This document shows, one piece after another, positions 13,592 through 33,513 of a DNA stretch of 64,000 bases. A model generated the notes under the pieces. It saw nothing but the letters and a program-made list of their open reading frames with translations, was not told the origin of the DNA and searched no databases. This DNA comes from Antedon mediterranea. Its lineage: Eukaryota; Animalia; Echinodermata. The stretch lies in the NCBI RefSeq assembly GCF_964355755.1, contig NC_092678.1:946422-1010421 (forward strand). The letters run 5' to 3'. Within the stretch, counting starts at the first letter, position 1. The number at the start of each line of letters is the position of its first letter. Made by a program: the position numbers and the translations under genes.

Positions 13592-15501
13592 TCATAGGAT
13601 CACTGATTTTTGAAGAACACATTTCTCCGTCAGCATTCTGAAGTAGCCGCCATCCTTGCTCATTTCTAGCAGGCGTTCATATTCTCGTGGCATGTTATGG
13701 CTGTTGTTGAATCTGTCTGGATACGTGCCATCGTAGTGGTATACGAGTGGCCTACCGTCAGGCGATGTATCAAACGGATAGAATCCATACAGAGAAATCC
13801 TATCACATTTAGGTAACGCTACAGTATATAGGTATAACCCGGATGACGGACTACCCTTCATCTTCCAGAATCTAAAATAACAATATCCGTAAAATAAAAA
13901 CAAATTTTAAACAATAATTTAAAATCAATAATATTTTGAAAATAAAAATCAATTGTAACCAGTTTTAATAATTAATTTATCCAGGGAAGAGTTAAATTAA
14001 AAAAAAAATTATAATTTAACTCTTCCCTGATTTATCGTACACTCCATAGATGATGTGAGAGCGTAGGCGCGCGTAAACGTGCGTAATTTTTATAGCAACG
14101 AAAGTAAATAGTCCAATCACAAGTTCGTATATAGCGTCGCTTGTGATTGGTCAAATGTTTTGAGACTTCTTTTTATAACAATATACTCACCTTTTAACCT
14201 GCGTCATCATTCGCTTGAATGGGTAAGCAACTAAGATGCCCAGGTTGTTTTGTCTCAGATAATTAACAAATGTTAAATGGTCTCTAATTGATATGTATGC
14301 CAGTTTGGAGAACCAGAGTACAGCATGTGGGAACTGCCGGAATCTAGCTACTTGGTAAAACGGCTGACACGACTTAATTCCACTCCGAATACAATGCAGA
14401 AGTTCTTTTGTCTCATGGTAATTAATACTCATCACATTTGTTTTGTTTCCAACATCTTTTATAAATTCTGTTATTGAAGCTAAGTTTGATCTCATCACAA
14501 AATCATGTGCGTCAATTTCAGCGCCACATCCGCTGTTCAGCAGAATGCCGCTGTTACCAACTACTGCGCATGTACGATAAGAAGGGATTGTTTTTCCGCC
14601 TTTTCTAAGTCGAGATTTAACACTAAGTTGTCGACTGGTCTTCTTTTTGGTACCAAACCTTGTCACGTTGTACCTCTTGTTGCTGTGAACCCCCGTAAGG
14701 CGATTTAACGTGACTTTACTCCTTGTTTTCGGATTTTCCATTTGATGCTCTGGTATCAGCACATTTGACGAAAACCCTGCCTTCGTTGCCATATCCCTGA
14801 AAACAAACAAAAACATTAACAATACCCAAACTCAACATATTGTGTCGTTGGACATTATAGGCTGATAATACATAGTGACTGGCGAAGCTTACATAATATT
14901 ACCTTCAGTAAATAAAGGAGGGGTGGATTTAGACTCACCTCAACTTCAAAACATTTCTTAAATTGATAGTTGTATTAAAATCGTTATCAAGTATTTGTTT
15001 AATTGCTTCGACAATTGCAGCGTGTTCTCTAAATCTGTCAACAACAACACATAATTGTATGAGTGATTACAATATTTAAAAGAATAAGTCATGGCCGCTA
15101 CTTGTTGTGAAGCTCTGTCCACACTAAACTAGTTTGACAAAACGTTGTGATGTGCCCAAATATGGTAGTGATATGACATCATCACGTCCACATCATATGG
15201 GCACATCACATTTTTTTTGTCACAAGTTTTGATTGTAGACAGAGTTTAAAATCCATTAACATCGCAAACTATGAATAATATTAATAATTAATAATATTCC
15301 TGTCTTAAAGATAACCTATCTAGAAGTATTATTATAAATATAATTTAAAATCACTTACTCGGTTATTGTTTCTGTTGGTCGGTCTTGCTTGACAGCAGAA
15401 AACTTAGTCCTGTACATGGTAATGTTGCCATAGCGATCAGTCCAATATGATAGCGCCATTAGCGCCACAAACGAGAAACATAGCAGTAACATCAATGGCA
15501 T
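13592..15501 (-). CDS. Alpha-2,8-sialyltransferase-like paralog, 4 exons (15501-15359, 15034-14939, 14796-14191, 13871-13592)
   Basis: Sialylmotifs L ([16 protein letters not shown]), S ([14 protein letters not shown]), III (HYD), VS (HNMPREY) and C-terminal Cys. Same intron positions and phases as the neighbour. Start ATG uncertain. Confidence 0.9.
15111..15247. mobile_element. Palindromic ~130-bp MITE, copy 1 of 3
   Basis: agctctgtc(t)acact...tgtagacagag ends with an inner IR tgtgatgtgccc / gggcacatcaca. Homologous copies at ~26518 and ~57843. Confidence 0.75.
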
Positions 15502-15776
15502 AGTAAACCTACAAAGGGAACAAAACACATTCATAGTAATCCATCTGATGTTATTATGTTATACAATTTAAAAAAAAGGAACATCAGTGTGAAATCGTTA
15601 CTGCCGTCTAAGAAATAAACACCATGCCGCGGAGATGTAGGCCTACACTTGGTGTTTGTCGCAGCCAGACATAAGATCAAAGGACTGTTACGATTTTCTA
15701 TCTTGGCAAGGCGAGCTCACTGTCCTGCATTAAGGAAACACTTCCTGTAAAACGAACGAGGTAATATTTGTTTTAA

Positions 15777-16369
15777 AGGCCAGGTGCGGGCAAAAAATTT
15801 CTATTGATCATACATTCCAATAATTATCGATCTATAGTTTCCCCTATGTTTCATAATTTTGGGATTTTATTTGTGTTACACGAGCTTTTTGAAAATAATC
15901 ACTTTCTTATCAGTGGGGGGATAGTTCAAATTACACAGTAAAATCTCTATTCTTTCGTACACAAATTTTGTAAATAGAGAGGAATTTAAAAAAGCTATGA
16001 AAAATAAACGGTGTGGTAAAAAATGTTATCAGATGACTAAATATAGGTAATATAACTTGAATATTAAATTTCTGATATTTTTATTCAACTTCAGATTTTT
16101 ATTTTCATGCTATAGCAAAATTTATCCACCGTATATCCACCATCTTTTTTCACCGTCTAGGGAGTCACCAGACATGTTATTACATTAGGTTAACTACCTA
16201 ACTACTGAAAAAAAGTCTTCCTGGTTTTTATCGAAGAATTTTGCCAAATGTTGTATTTGACCATATTAAGGGAAATTCATGTTTTTTCGTCTCGATTTCT
16301 GTTACAAATATTTGATTTATGTACATTTAACCAAATATTATATTTAAAATTCATGCCTGTACCTGAGCT
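15777..16369. mobile_element. Kolobok-like non-autonomous DNA transposon
   Basis: TTAA on both sides. Imperfect TIR aggccaggtgcgggca vs agctcaggtacaggca (reverse complement of the right end), starting with AG. Confidence 0.55.
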
Positions 16370-17889
16370 TTAACAATAAGGTCAACCACTAGGCCTATCA
16401 GGGGACATTCCTATTAAGAGGAAACCTCCATTGGGTCCCCAAAGGTATGATCTTAATATGGGTTCATAACCATTGTGTTATATGGCTAAGCTAAGTCAAC
16501 GCTAAGTCAATAGAACACGCTATAACACCATCTTCCTTGGTATTTAATCTAGTAGGCATAATTATAGCATTCAAATTAAAATGAAGATGTTTACCCTACC
16601 TTTGATTAAGCATTGTTGAGTTATTTGTCTTTTTTGCTTCTCTCTCAAGAAGATGGTTGATGTTTTCTGTTATAATTATTACGCACATTGAGCACACAGG
16701 TGGAACACATCGTTCAGCTATTTCAGTCAATCCAGGCCATACAAACGTTTTCAGCATAGATCGTTTAGACAGAATCACATAACAGTAGCTTTTGTGACTG
16801 TCTTCCAACAAGACTTTTACGCGAATCGAAAGCGTCGATTTAGCCGCATCCGATGCGTCTAGTGGAAAAAACTTCTATGATTCTGCGCATTTAATCTGAA
16901 GAAAGCTTTCTATAAATTACAGGTGTTCAAAAGGAAGCAACTTAAGCACGTTTGGTAGAGAAGTGTGCGCACATTGCAAATCTTTATTATTATTTCTATC
17001 ATAATACACATTCCGTTTACTTGTTTCGTATATTTTATTATACCATTCTCGACATAGCATGGGAAGTGATGGGAGGCAGGGAATTATGGGAAGGGGAAGG
17101 TGCGCGCACCAATTACAGGCAAGGGTAAGACCACAAACAATACGTAATGAACAACATGGGTCCTCTCCTACCTAAAACAGGGTCAAGCTACTTTTTGTTA
17201 CTGGGCACCCCAATTAATAAGGTGTGCGGATCATATATTTGATGTTTACTTTATCGCTTGACAACAATGTTATCGGCTAACTAGGTTAATAGTAGAGATA
17301 CGTACGGAGTCCAATCACAATCTACTACTATTTGTATTGTTTCCCAACCAACACTGTGGTTTCTAGGACACTATTTATAAATTGTATTCAGTATTTCATC
17401 ACAATTAAAGCTATAGTTTCCCACTAAGAATTCATTGGGCCGTGATTGGTCAAATTATTTGCGTCCTAGCGTGTACATCGGTACAACAAATTAAGGCAAG
17501 TAGCATAGTTCAAAATGAATTGTATATAACACTTTACAGTCGTATCGTCCACTTTAATATTCTTCTTTCTTTTTCACTTTATACATGAAATAAATGTTAA
17601 TGATCATTCGAAATAAAGTATTTGAACATTCAGTAAAATAATATTAGTGTAATTAATAGTTATTTACCAAAATATATCTAAATTAAACGTTAGGAAAAAA
17701 GCAGAATGAAATGGCAATTCCTTTAAAGAAGAAAAATTGTGATAAAATGTGAATAGAAAGTAATCTGTTTTCTTTATCTTTATCTGCGTTTCATAACTGG
17801 CATCAGAATGATGCCATGACATTTCCAATCATAGCATGATTGAAGTATTATTTTCTGGTTACGTTGCTGCAAACAACGTGAGGAATAGT

Positions 17890-19014
17890 CTAAAACAATA
17901 TGGTAGTGGTAGGCTGGTTAAACCTGTTGTTTGGTACGTGGTATTGATTGCATCGTTGCTGCTGTTGAAGGTGAACCTTCATGTGTTTCGACAAATGATC
18001 TGATCTAGAAAAACGTTTATCACAAACACTACAACAGTACGGTTTGATACCAGAATGAGATCGTTTGTGTCGTGCCAATTCGTCAGATCTTGAAAACCGC
18101 CATTTACATCCCTCCCAAGTACAGACAAACGGCTTCTCACCAGTGTGACGTCGAAGGTGTGCTTTTAAGTGCGAACTCTTCGAGTAAGTTTTGTCACAAT
18201 TTTGGTACGGACATTTATGAATTTTCAGCTCATCTGGTGTTTTCTTGCGAACTTTTTTGGATTGATCTTGTAAAAGTGCAGGGTAGTAGAGCTTAATATG
18301 TTGCTGGTGAGAAGTTGCATGAGGAGCAGCTATCATCTGAGATGCTATTGGTACGTGAGTTATTCGAACTCCAGACGGTGGCAACACTCTAGAAGTATAG
18401 TTATGACTAGTTCCATTGTCATTGTTATTTATTAATAATTCAAGTTGCTGGGTTAATCCATTACTGGGAGCGGTATTGTTCTCTTGCGATTGTTGCAGAA
18501 AAGTTTCAATTGGTGGGGCACTTACGGAAAACGTATTTTGGATTTTGATCTCGGGTTGTTGAATTTGCTCACACCGTTGAACGACTTCTTCTACTGTATA
18601 CACATCATGTACATCGTCAGCAGCAGGGACAACCTGGTTTTCTGCTGCTACTTTCTGTTGATGTTGCTGAGCAATATATTTCTGTCTTTCTTTGCCATAC
18701 GTCTCTTCGAACGTTGGCAGGCCTGCAGGCTGCTGGTAGATTGAAATCTGATTCAACGGTAAACATTCTGCCGCTGTTGAAGCGGTATCAATATTCGACG
18801 ATACGCTCTGCTTGTGAAGAGAATCTGCCAATTCGTTAGAAAACAAATAATCTATAAATAAATCATCGTCTTTATTAAACGCATCATTAGAAAAACTTGC
18901 AATACTTCTTGATGATGAACTGGTACTGTCAGAATCATCTCCAGACGAATTCAATCTCTGCAGCGTAAACTGTTCTCTTTCTAAGCTAGAAATTGTTCGT
19001 AGAAGGTCCACCAT
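17890..19014 (-). CDS. KLF15: Kruppel-like factor, KLF15-like, single coding exon, 374 aa
   Basis: Three C2H2 fingers with [39 protein letters not shown] and [12 protein letters not shown]. The LRRH, SHSG and SKHxKVH residues match the KLF15 subgroup. Confidence 0.88.
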   Translation of the reverse strand: MVDLLRTISSLEREQFTLQRLNSSGDDSDSTSSSSRSIASFSNDAFNKDDDLFIDYLFSNELADSLHKQSVSSNIDTASTAAECLPLNQISIYQQPAGLPTFEETYGKERQKYIAQQHQQKVAAENQVVPAADDVHDVYTVEEVVQRCEQIQQPEIKIQNTFSVSAPPIETFLQQSQENNTAPSNGLTQQLELLINNNDNGTSHNYTSRVLPPSGVRITHVPIASQMIAAPHATSHQQHIKLYYPALLQDQSKKVRKKTPDELKIHKCPYQNCDKTYSKSSHLKAHLRRHTGEKPFVCTWEGCKWRFSRSDELARHKRSHSGIKPYCCSVCDKRFSRSDHLSKHMKVHLQQQQRCNQYHVPNNRFNQPTTTILF

Positions 19015-19769
19015 TGTCGACGGTTTTAATCAGGAATTGAACCGAGAGCAAAGCCGTACGATGCATGCACGTTAGAGACTGTTAAAGGTCCGGTGATAAA
19101 ATGTCAAACTTTGGAATTTGTGGCCTTTATTTGTTAGATAGTATCACTCCTGATTTATAGTGCAAACATGTTGTGTGTTTACTGTGCATCTAAACATTGA
19201 CACATCCCAGGTACGCCCTCACAGAAGCACTAGGAGGTACAATCATTCTGTTAGCACATTACTATCGTTACCGATATCGCAGTGATAGCATGCTTCCGAC
19301 AAACAATAGTGTCGATATATAATCTGGTAATTTATTACATTATCAGTAAACTGTGCAATCTCAAAGTGTGATGTGATAGAGAAAACCTCAATTATCAAAC
19401 GTTCTTGCAAAAGCAATGTTGGTATAACAACTCATTTATTATTTACTAATTATTTTGATGTTATTTACAGAGATCTCAGATCAGTCTTCGACCAACACAT
19501 ACTTAACATTATTTATTATTTGCTAATAGTTTATGTTATTTGTAGATATCTCACGCCATTCTTTGACTAACACGTACTTAACATTTATTATAAGTTCGTA
19601 TTATTATAAGTACGCACTACAGACTTTAAGTATTACATGATTTTATGTATATTGGGTCAAAATAAAAAAGAAAGTTGTCCAGAGCCTTACGAAGATAAGC
19701 TGTAAAAAACTACCAAATTTTACTTAGCGTAAACCGAGCGTCTGCGTCATGTACGTAGCGTTTACGTTA

Positions 19770-19936
19770 AGCCTGTTTTGCTGTCGACGCTATTTAAAGC
19801 TATCGTCGTTGATCGTTAACAGTTCAACGACAAATCGTTTGAAAACGATCAAATCGTTAACATTTCAATGTTTACGTAGAAGATAGCCGATTATTGTTAA
19901 CGATAGCGTCAAATAACGTCAACAGGAAAACAGGCT
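19770..19936. mobile_element. PIF/Harbinger-like MITE inserted in a 20-bp minisatellite
   Basis: TIR agcctgttttgctgtcgacg / cgtcaacaggaaaacaggct with a TTA TSD. The flanking tgtacgtagcgtttacgtta repeats continue on both sides. Confidence 0.8.
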
Positions 19937-20538
19937 TTATGTACGTAGCGTTTACGTTATGTACGTAGCGTTTACGTTATTTACGTTACGTTTCCAATCG
20001 CGCGATCCGTAATTGATTGTGCGTTCGCGTAACAAATGCGCTTTATGCAAATCAATATTATTATTATTTTGTTTTTACTTCAATACTCTTCGAACAGCAA
20101 TCAAAACTCTTCGACCATTGGATAGCAAACAACCCCTTTGTTATAGTAAACTTACAGCTGCTTCTCGTACGGTATCACATCTAGCCTCAAGATCTGCATA
20201 ACACAGATCTTCTCAACTGTATTCTTTATACGTGGAAAACAAAACTGAATCTATGTTGGCTGTTAACTACTTTCTAGATGGTGTTTTTGATAGCGGGGTG
20301 GATGTCCAGCTATGTGCTGTGGTTACTGGGCGTCCTTTGAGGTGTCTTGTTCAGTTGTGAATGAACGTGTTTGGCAAGTCAATTTGTAAACCAATCTCCA
20401 CAATGCTGTCTCACAAATACCATATCTTATTTACTACAGTGATAGTATATTACGTTTTAATGAATTTCATTTTTTTTCTGGATAGAATTATGATAGTAAA
20501 TATCCCAAATAAAAATTAAAAATGTAATTTTATGAAAC

Positions 20539-27581
<7,043 letters not shown>

Positions 27582-28404
27582 TTTACACTTTTTTATCTAG
27601 AAAAAAAAATTAAATCATGAACTGGCCCTCCTCATAGGCATATATTCATTTATGTATAAAACAAATAACATAGCCTATGCTATATATAGGCTATGCCTAC
27701 AGCATAGGGCCTACTACTACTACTAGCCTAGCTAGGCTAGCTAGAGGAGGGCCTAACTTACTATCTAACTAAACTAACACAGTAACAGGGAATAATTTCG
27801 CCAGTGTAGCATAGCAAAAAGCTATACAAAACAACCTTCTTGCTACACATTTCTACAATTGTGTAGCAAATATACTATAGAAAACTATGTTTCTCGACTC
27901 TCGACATCAGTTTTATTAGCAATATTGCTAAACAAAATTTTAAGAGGAAATTTTTCCCTGCTAAAAACTAAGCCCCTACTAACCTAACTTAACTAGCTAG
28001 TAGGCCTATAAAATATTACAATTTTAAAAGTGAAGTGTTATTTTATAATCGTGATTCCAATATAATATTAGAAATTCTAAGCATACTCAGTACTACTAGG
28101 CCTACCACACCACCAGGCCCAACGCAGCCAGCAGGCCAGGCAGGGAGCCGTACGGCCTCCCTCTCTCTCTCTGCTGAAATGAGGTTAGGGCCTGGCCTAG
28201 GGCTAGGCCTAGGCCTAGCTAAAACAGGCAAACGAAACGTCTTAGCCTAATGTATTTGAAAATGACATGATAGATTAAATAGTAATTAAGTATATATCAC
28301 CAGCAAACCACTGGCAGGCCTCCTACCGAATTTATTACCGTAAATAAAAAGTAAATAAGAATTTGTCAACAAACAAGTTTACCGCAGCGGCAGCAGAGCA
28401 TTTT

Positions 28405-28418
28405 GTTGCTTTGGAAAC
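28405..28418. promoter_or_regulatory. RFX X-box-like site at the putative CFAP100 promoter
   Basis: GTTGCTTTGGAAAC resembles GTTGCCATGGAAAC, next to a likely 5'UTR exon with a donor at ~28339. RFX control of ciliary genes is established. Confidence 0.55.
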
Positions 28419-28459
28419 GATAATATTATATCTTATATTAATTAAGATATGAGGAGTAC

Positions 28460-29399
28460 AGTACGGGAACCAGTGAACTAAACTACCAATAGAGGGGGTA
28501 GTGGTGTTTTTTGCTGCTATCATAATGGTTGAAAATCAAATTTTGTTACTTTACCTTACTAAATTAATTTGTTTAAAGCAAGTAGTGGTCTATCTATGAT
28601 AAGGTGCTAAGATACTAGTTTCATGAAGTATTTTTTAAGATTAATAAAGATGTATTAATAGGAAAATAGATTGTTTCTCCTATATGGGAGTACGGGAACC
28701 ATTGAACTATTTATGTGATAAACAATAGAGGGGGTAGTGGTGGTTTTTGCTGCTATCATAAATGGTTAAAAATCTAATTTTGTTATTTTACCTTACTAAA
28801 TTAATTTGTTTAAAGCAAGTAGGTGGTCTATCTATGATAAGGTGCTAAGATACTAGTTTAATGAAGTATTTTTTATGATTAATAAAGATGTATTAATAGG
28901 AAAATAGATTGTTTCTCCTATCTGGGAGTACGGGAACCATTGAACTATTTATGTGATAAACAATAGAGGGGGTAATGCTGTTTTTTGCTGTTATCATAAA
29001 TGGTTGAAAATCAAATTTTGTTACTTTACTTTACTAAATTAATTTGTTTAAAGTAAAGTAGTGGTCTATCTATGATAAGGTGCTAAGATACTAGTTTAAT
29101 GAAGTATTTTTTTATGATTAATAAAGATGTATTAATAGGAAAATAGATTATTTATCCTATAGGGGAGTACGGGAACCATTGAACTGGCAATGTGTTTAAC
29201 AATAGAGGGGATAGTTGTGTTTTTTGCGGCTATCATAATAATTGTTTATTATTTATTGACCTATACCTTACTAAATTAATTTGTTTAAAAGCAAGTAGTG
29301 CTCTATTATGAATAGATGCTATGGTACTAGTTTTAAATTAAGTATTTTATTAATAATAAAGGTATATTAGAAGCAAAATAGATTATTTATTAATATTAT
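28460..29399. repeat. ~240-bp tandem array (4 units), resuming at 39483-39620 after the nested insertions
   Basis: gtacgggaacca..caatagagggg..tgctgctatcata recurs at ~28461, 28690, 28928, 29167, 39496 and 39565. Confidence 0.9.
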
Positions 29400-31559
29400 C
29401 TATTAACTGTTAGCATTGGCACGCCACAAGGGTCTGTTATCTCCCCAATGTTGTTTTCACTGTTCACCAGCAGTTTCAGAGCCAATTCAAATGAATTGTA
29501 GTGCCGCTACACAGATGCTTAAGCGGAGCGCGTCGCTCTAAACACCTGGACGCGCTCCGCCGTGTGTATCTTGGAACGTCAAGTACGTTAGGGACACTTG
29601 AGAAGTCGACGACGGAAACTAAACCTATATTATTACTACTCACTCATTATTATCATACAAAGACTATTATAATGGTGAGTATTTTACGTTGTAGTCTTTT
29701 ATCGTAGTTAAGGAACTAAACCAAGAGACTAGCAATCTCTTTATTGGCGACGAGGATTAATTAAAATGAAACGCGATATTTTTCTGGCGAAATATGACGC
29801 CGAAAATACGCGAATCTGGACGTGCGTTGTTTATTTATTTACATTCAATGTATCGGCCCTCGCCAATTCATCACCGTCTCGAGGATAAGAACGTGAATGT
29901 TTCTTATAAGTTCATGTTCTCTCCGAGAGTTGGGGATGAATAGTAGATTAGGATTTATTATTTTTATTTTTTATATTTAATATTCGACGAATGAACGATT
30001 GGCCTATACTAGATGAAACTGTAGTATAAGAATATTATTATTCATGCTCGTGACATGAATTTCATGCTCGTGACATGAATGTTCACGCTCGTGACGTGAA
30101 TGGGTTTTGTATGTTAACCCGCTGGACTCGTGATTCCAGAACGAAACGACATGGCCCGTGTTTCATGTCCGATTTCGGAAAATATACGATTAGGTTAGGC
30201 TAGGAAGTATTAGTTATCATATTAGTGGGCCAGTTGTTTACGTCGTTCCTTCACTGGAAGTCGGCAGTGTTGGAAGAATTTATTTATTTATTTTATTAGT
30301 TTATCATGAACCGCAAAAATAAATTAAACCTTTGCCTTTTTTGAAAAAAAAAAAAATTTCATTAGAGGGAAGATGGTTGAAAATGTATTTAAGGTATACT
30401 GGTCAATTGTATTAGGCCTAGATCCTCCGAGTCTTGGGCGATAGTTTTTCGATATTGTTTCAGATCTCATCCAGGTCTTATTCCATTCGAACAAACTGCC
30501 GCGCAGTTCTTGGACATCATACGATTGGCTAGGCTACAGCAACCAATCATATCATTGCATTCGCATAGTCGCTACCTGAGAGGGTCGTGCAGCGCGAGCT
30601 GTGCACTATCCAGGGAATGAAAATGCAAGCGATGATGACGCGGTTACGTGCGTACTCTGATTGGTTGAGCAATGAAAGAATTCTATGTACTAATAGTTCT
30701 GATTGGCTATTTACTTTACGGAAACATCCTATTTTTAGAATACTATTTTTAGGATGTGGATGTGAGTTTTAGTTATACGCACGCCGGTACGCTCTGGCGA
30801 ATGCTCAGAATTCTATTATTACGCAGTTATTTACTGTTGGGTTGTAGTTGTTTTAGGAATCAATGAAGTGGACATTTATTTGAGATTATAAAGAATTTAT
30901 TATTAGCTTACATTGTGATATTGTTCTGTGTGTTCTTTCTAAATGTGTCTACTGTATTCATTGGTGACTAATTCAATCGAAAGATTCCAACGGTAAATTT
31001 AGTTCAGTCACAGTATAACTCGGTAATTCTGAACGAGTATACTAGAAGAAGGGCGAGTTTTATGGTAAACTAGTTCGCTCAATGTAAGAAGACTGAGGGC
31101 AATGATTCGAGGTCGGAACGAGTTCTTGCACGCGATCGGGAGACGTAACATGAGTTGCGGATCTAGATAGCTATGGCATCAACTACGTGCTTTATTCGGT
31201 GTTTGCTTATAACGAAGAAAGCACCGGCTCTGTTAAAAAAAAAAATAATAATGCGCCGACATCGGCGAAAATCATAAAAGGATAGTACTGACGAGGTCTT
31301 TGAAGGGTCTGATCTTGAAGTTAATCCTAATAATCAGGTGACTTCAAAGAATGCGTCGATTAGTTTTAACGGGAAGGAGGAGCAGTTATTCCTGACGTTA
31401 ACTCTGTGTCGAATGTAACCACGGATAGGTGGTTTAATTCCTGTTCCAACTACGGTACTCCTAATGGGGATATCTGAAATCGCGACTCTCATTATCCGGG
31501 CGATGACAACATGCGTTTCGATGAACGAGCTGGCGGCGAGTCCAATAGGTTTGTGCCTA

Positions 31560-32140
31560 TGGAACGCGGTCGAGTTCCTTGGCGATCAATAAATCGTCAA
31601 GGGGGACGCAACAGATCGAGAGTCCGAACGACGGTATCCTAATCGAGGTCGTAGAATGGGAATGTCGCCACAGGGGTACATCGACGGTAATCGCTATAAA
31701 CGCTACTCGGACGATGTCGGTCAAGTTCGGACTGATTGTCGAGGTTTCGATTACAATGATCGAGATCGCGGTAATGAGGACAATACGAACGAGTACGTCC
31801 GAAGAGAGAGTAATGGCGGAAGTTTCGGACGTGATCCGCGCTGAGTTCATTATGTGGATAGGGACCACTTGCGTGGTTGATACGGTCATAATGAAGAATG
31901 GCGAGGTGAGCGTCGGAAAAGACTACTTTTCCGCCCTCAGAGAAACCTGGAATTTTTCGGTCAAAATGACTGGTACATTTTCTGGGATAGATTTGAGGGG
32001 TATGCCCGAATTAGTGGATGGAACCTGGCGGAGAAGAAGGAGGCTTTTCACTTAGGTAAGAAGGGGAAAGCAGCCATGTACTACTTACGTTGTACATTCT
32101 TCACGGCAGTGACATCACAAATAACTCGGTAACTAGCTCT
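31560..32140 (+). pseudogene. Decayed gag-like region of LTR element A (mirror at ~35960-36540, minus)
   Basis: Frame reading LEFFGQNDWYIFWDRFEGYARISGWNLAEKKEAFHLGKKGKAAMYY resembles the Gypsy Gag capsid N-terminus (F.G..DW..F...FE..A...GW...K). Flanked by in-frame stops shared by both copies. Confidence 0.6.
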
Positions 32141-32283
32141 GAAGAGATGTTGGAACTCCTCTGGCGGAAACGATGATCACTATTTGTTACAGGCGCCAGA
32201 GTTTTCGTCCCAACAATTTGTAATCGAGGGGTAGAAATACTATCTTGTACTAAACTTGTGTTTTGCCTCTTAATGTTTTACAG

Positions 32284-33513
32284 ATGGATAACTGCACTAC
32301 TTCCGATCGAGTACCGGTGGAGGAGGAATTGTTCCTGCTGCAGGTGGAAGACTTCCCGCCGTTGGGCAAACCAGCTGCGAAACGAAAGTCTCCACCTTCA
32401 CCTACTGGATTGGAAGAAGATGATGTGGCGATGGAGGTCGGGGACCCAGATCCGCCAGTAGTTGAGGGCAGAGAGACGCCAGAGGTCTTGGCAGGATCGC
32501 CGGAGAGGCCAAAGTCCCCCTCCATTTTTCGTAAAGAGTTGCTTCCCGCCGCGCCAGCCGTGAAGGTATGGCGAACTCCAGGAAGTAAGGAGTCGGACTT
32601 TGCGTGCCGAGACGTCCGTCTCGTTGGTACGGCGACCAGTGCTGTTCCACCTAGTGCTGGGGCGGTACCAAAAGTTAAATCTCAGAGAAAGGCCGACAAA
32701 CGGTCGAAAGACAACAAAAGACCTCATCCTGAAGGCGGTCAGATGGAATCGGGTAAACGGTCACGTCGGGCATTCCTGTGTCCAGTGGCAGGATGTGGCC
32801 GGGTGCCCGAAAACCCAAAACAACACCTGGCGCACCACATACCGCCATTCATGACGGAAACATCGCCGGAGGTATCGTCGACCACCTCATCTCGGCGCTG
32901 GAGTTTCATCCAGGAGTTAGTGAAACTCGTTCCGGAGTGCGGCGGGAGTGTCACCAAGGCGGTAGCACTTTTCAACGCCGAGGGGAGAATCCAGCCTGGA
33001 TTCTTCTTCACCAAATCTCTAAGGAAGATGATGGAGTCGATGGGCGAGGCGGCGGGGCTCGAGATGCCCGAGTCGAACACTCTATCGCCGTTAGTGTCAC
33101 CGCTGGGTCTGCTCCACACTCGGTGTCTCCTTTTCCTGGTGGCGAGAGCCACTAGGGATAATAAGGGGGCATTTGTGGAGCTGTGCCAGAGGTATGGTAG
33201 GCCTACCTCGGCGGAGCCCAGACGCCGTCGATTTCCCAAGCCAGCTGGACCACTACGTCAACGGACCGGACCATCATCACGCCAAGCACGGTGGCAACCG
33301 AACGTGGAAAACAACATCCATTCACCCACGCCACTGTTATGCCAGTTAAGGCGGGCCGACAGAGTTGCTCTGCGGTCGGCATTCAATGCCAATCGGGAGG
33401 TGGTGGAGCGTTTGGCTCAGCCGGGAAGTGGCCAGCTGAGGGCAGCGGCGGTTAGGATGTTGGAGGGATTCTTGGAAAACCTCCACTTCCACGCCCAGTT
33501 TGCCTATGAATAG
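32284..33513 (+). CDS. Uncharacterised 409-aa accessory protein of LTR element A (disordered N-terminus, basic patch, one C2H2-like finger)
   Basis: Long GC-rich ORF in an AT-rich genome, containing CPVAGC-x9-HLAHH. The ATG directly follows a polypyrimidine-CAG acceptor and the stop is followed by an A-tract. Confidence 0.75.
   Translation: MDNCTTSDRVPVEEELFLLQVEDFPPLGKPAAKRKSPPSPTGLEEDDVAMEVGDPDPPVVEGRETPEVLAGSPERPKSPSIFRKELLPAAPAVKVWRTPGSKESDFACRDVRLVGTATSAVPPSAGAVPKVKSQRKADKRSKDNKRPHPEGGQMESGKRSRRAFLCPVAGCGRVPENPKQHLAHHIPPFMTETSPEVSSTTSSRRWSFIQELVKLVPECGGSVTKAVALFNAEGRIQPGFFFTKSLRKMMESMGEAAGLEMPESNTLSPLVSPLGLLHTRCLLFLVARATRDNKGAFVELCQRYGRPTSAEPRRRRFPKPAGPLRQRTGPSSRQARWQPNVENNIHSPTPLLCQLRRADRVALRSAFNANREVVERLAQPGSGQLRAAAVRMLEGFLENLHFHAQFAYE

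Noticed and set aside
30505-31020. Possible foreign solo LTR embedded in the element's leader (CCAAT boxes, ATAAAG, ...CAGTATAAC)
   Set aside because: No intact TG...CA ends or TSD identifiable, so it cannot be supported.
31557-33239. Alternative-frame and antisense ORFs inside the LTR element, and the 68-aa ORF in each LTR
   Set aside because: Shadows of GC-rich sequence. Several are broken or shortened in the other copy and most lack ATG starts.
32284-33513. env gene
   Set aside because: No signal peptide, furin/fusion-peptide arrangement or transmembrane segment.
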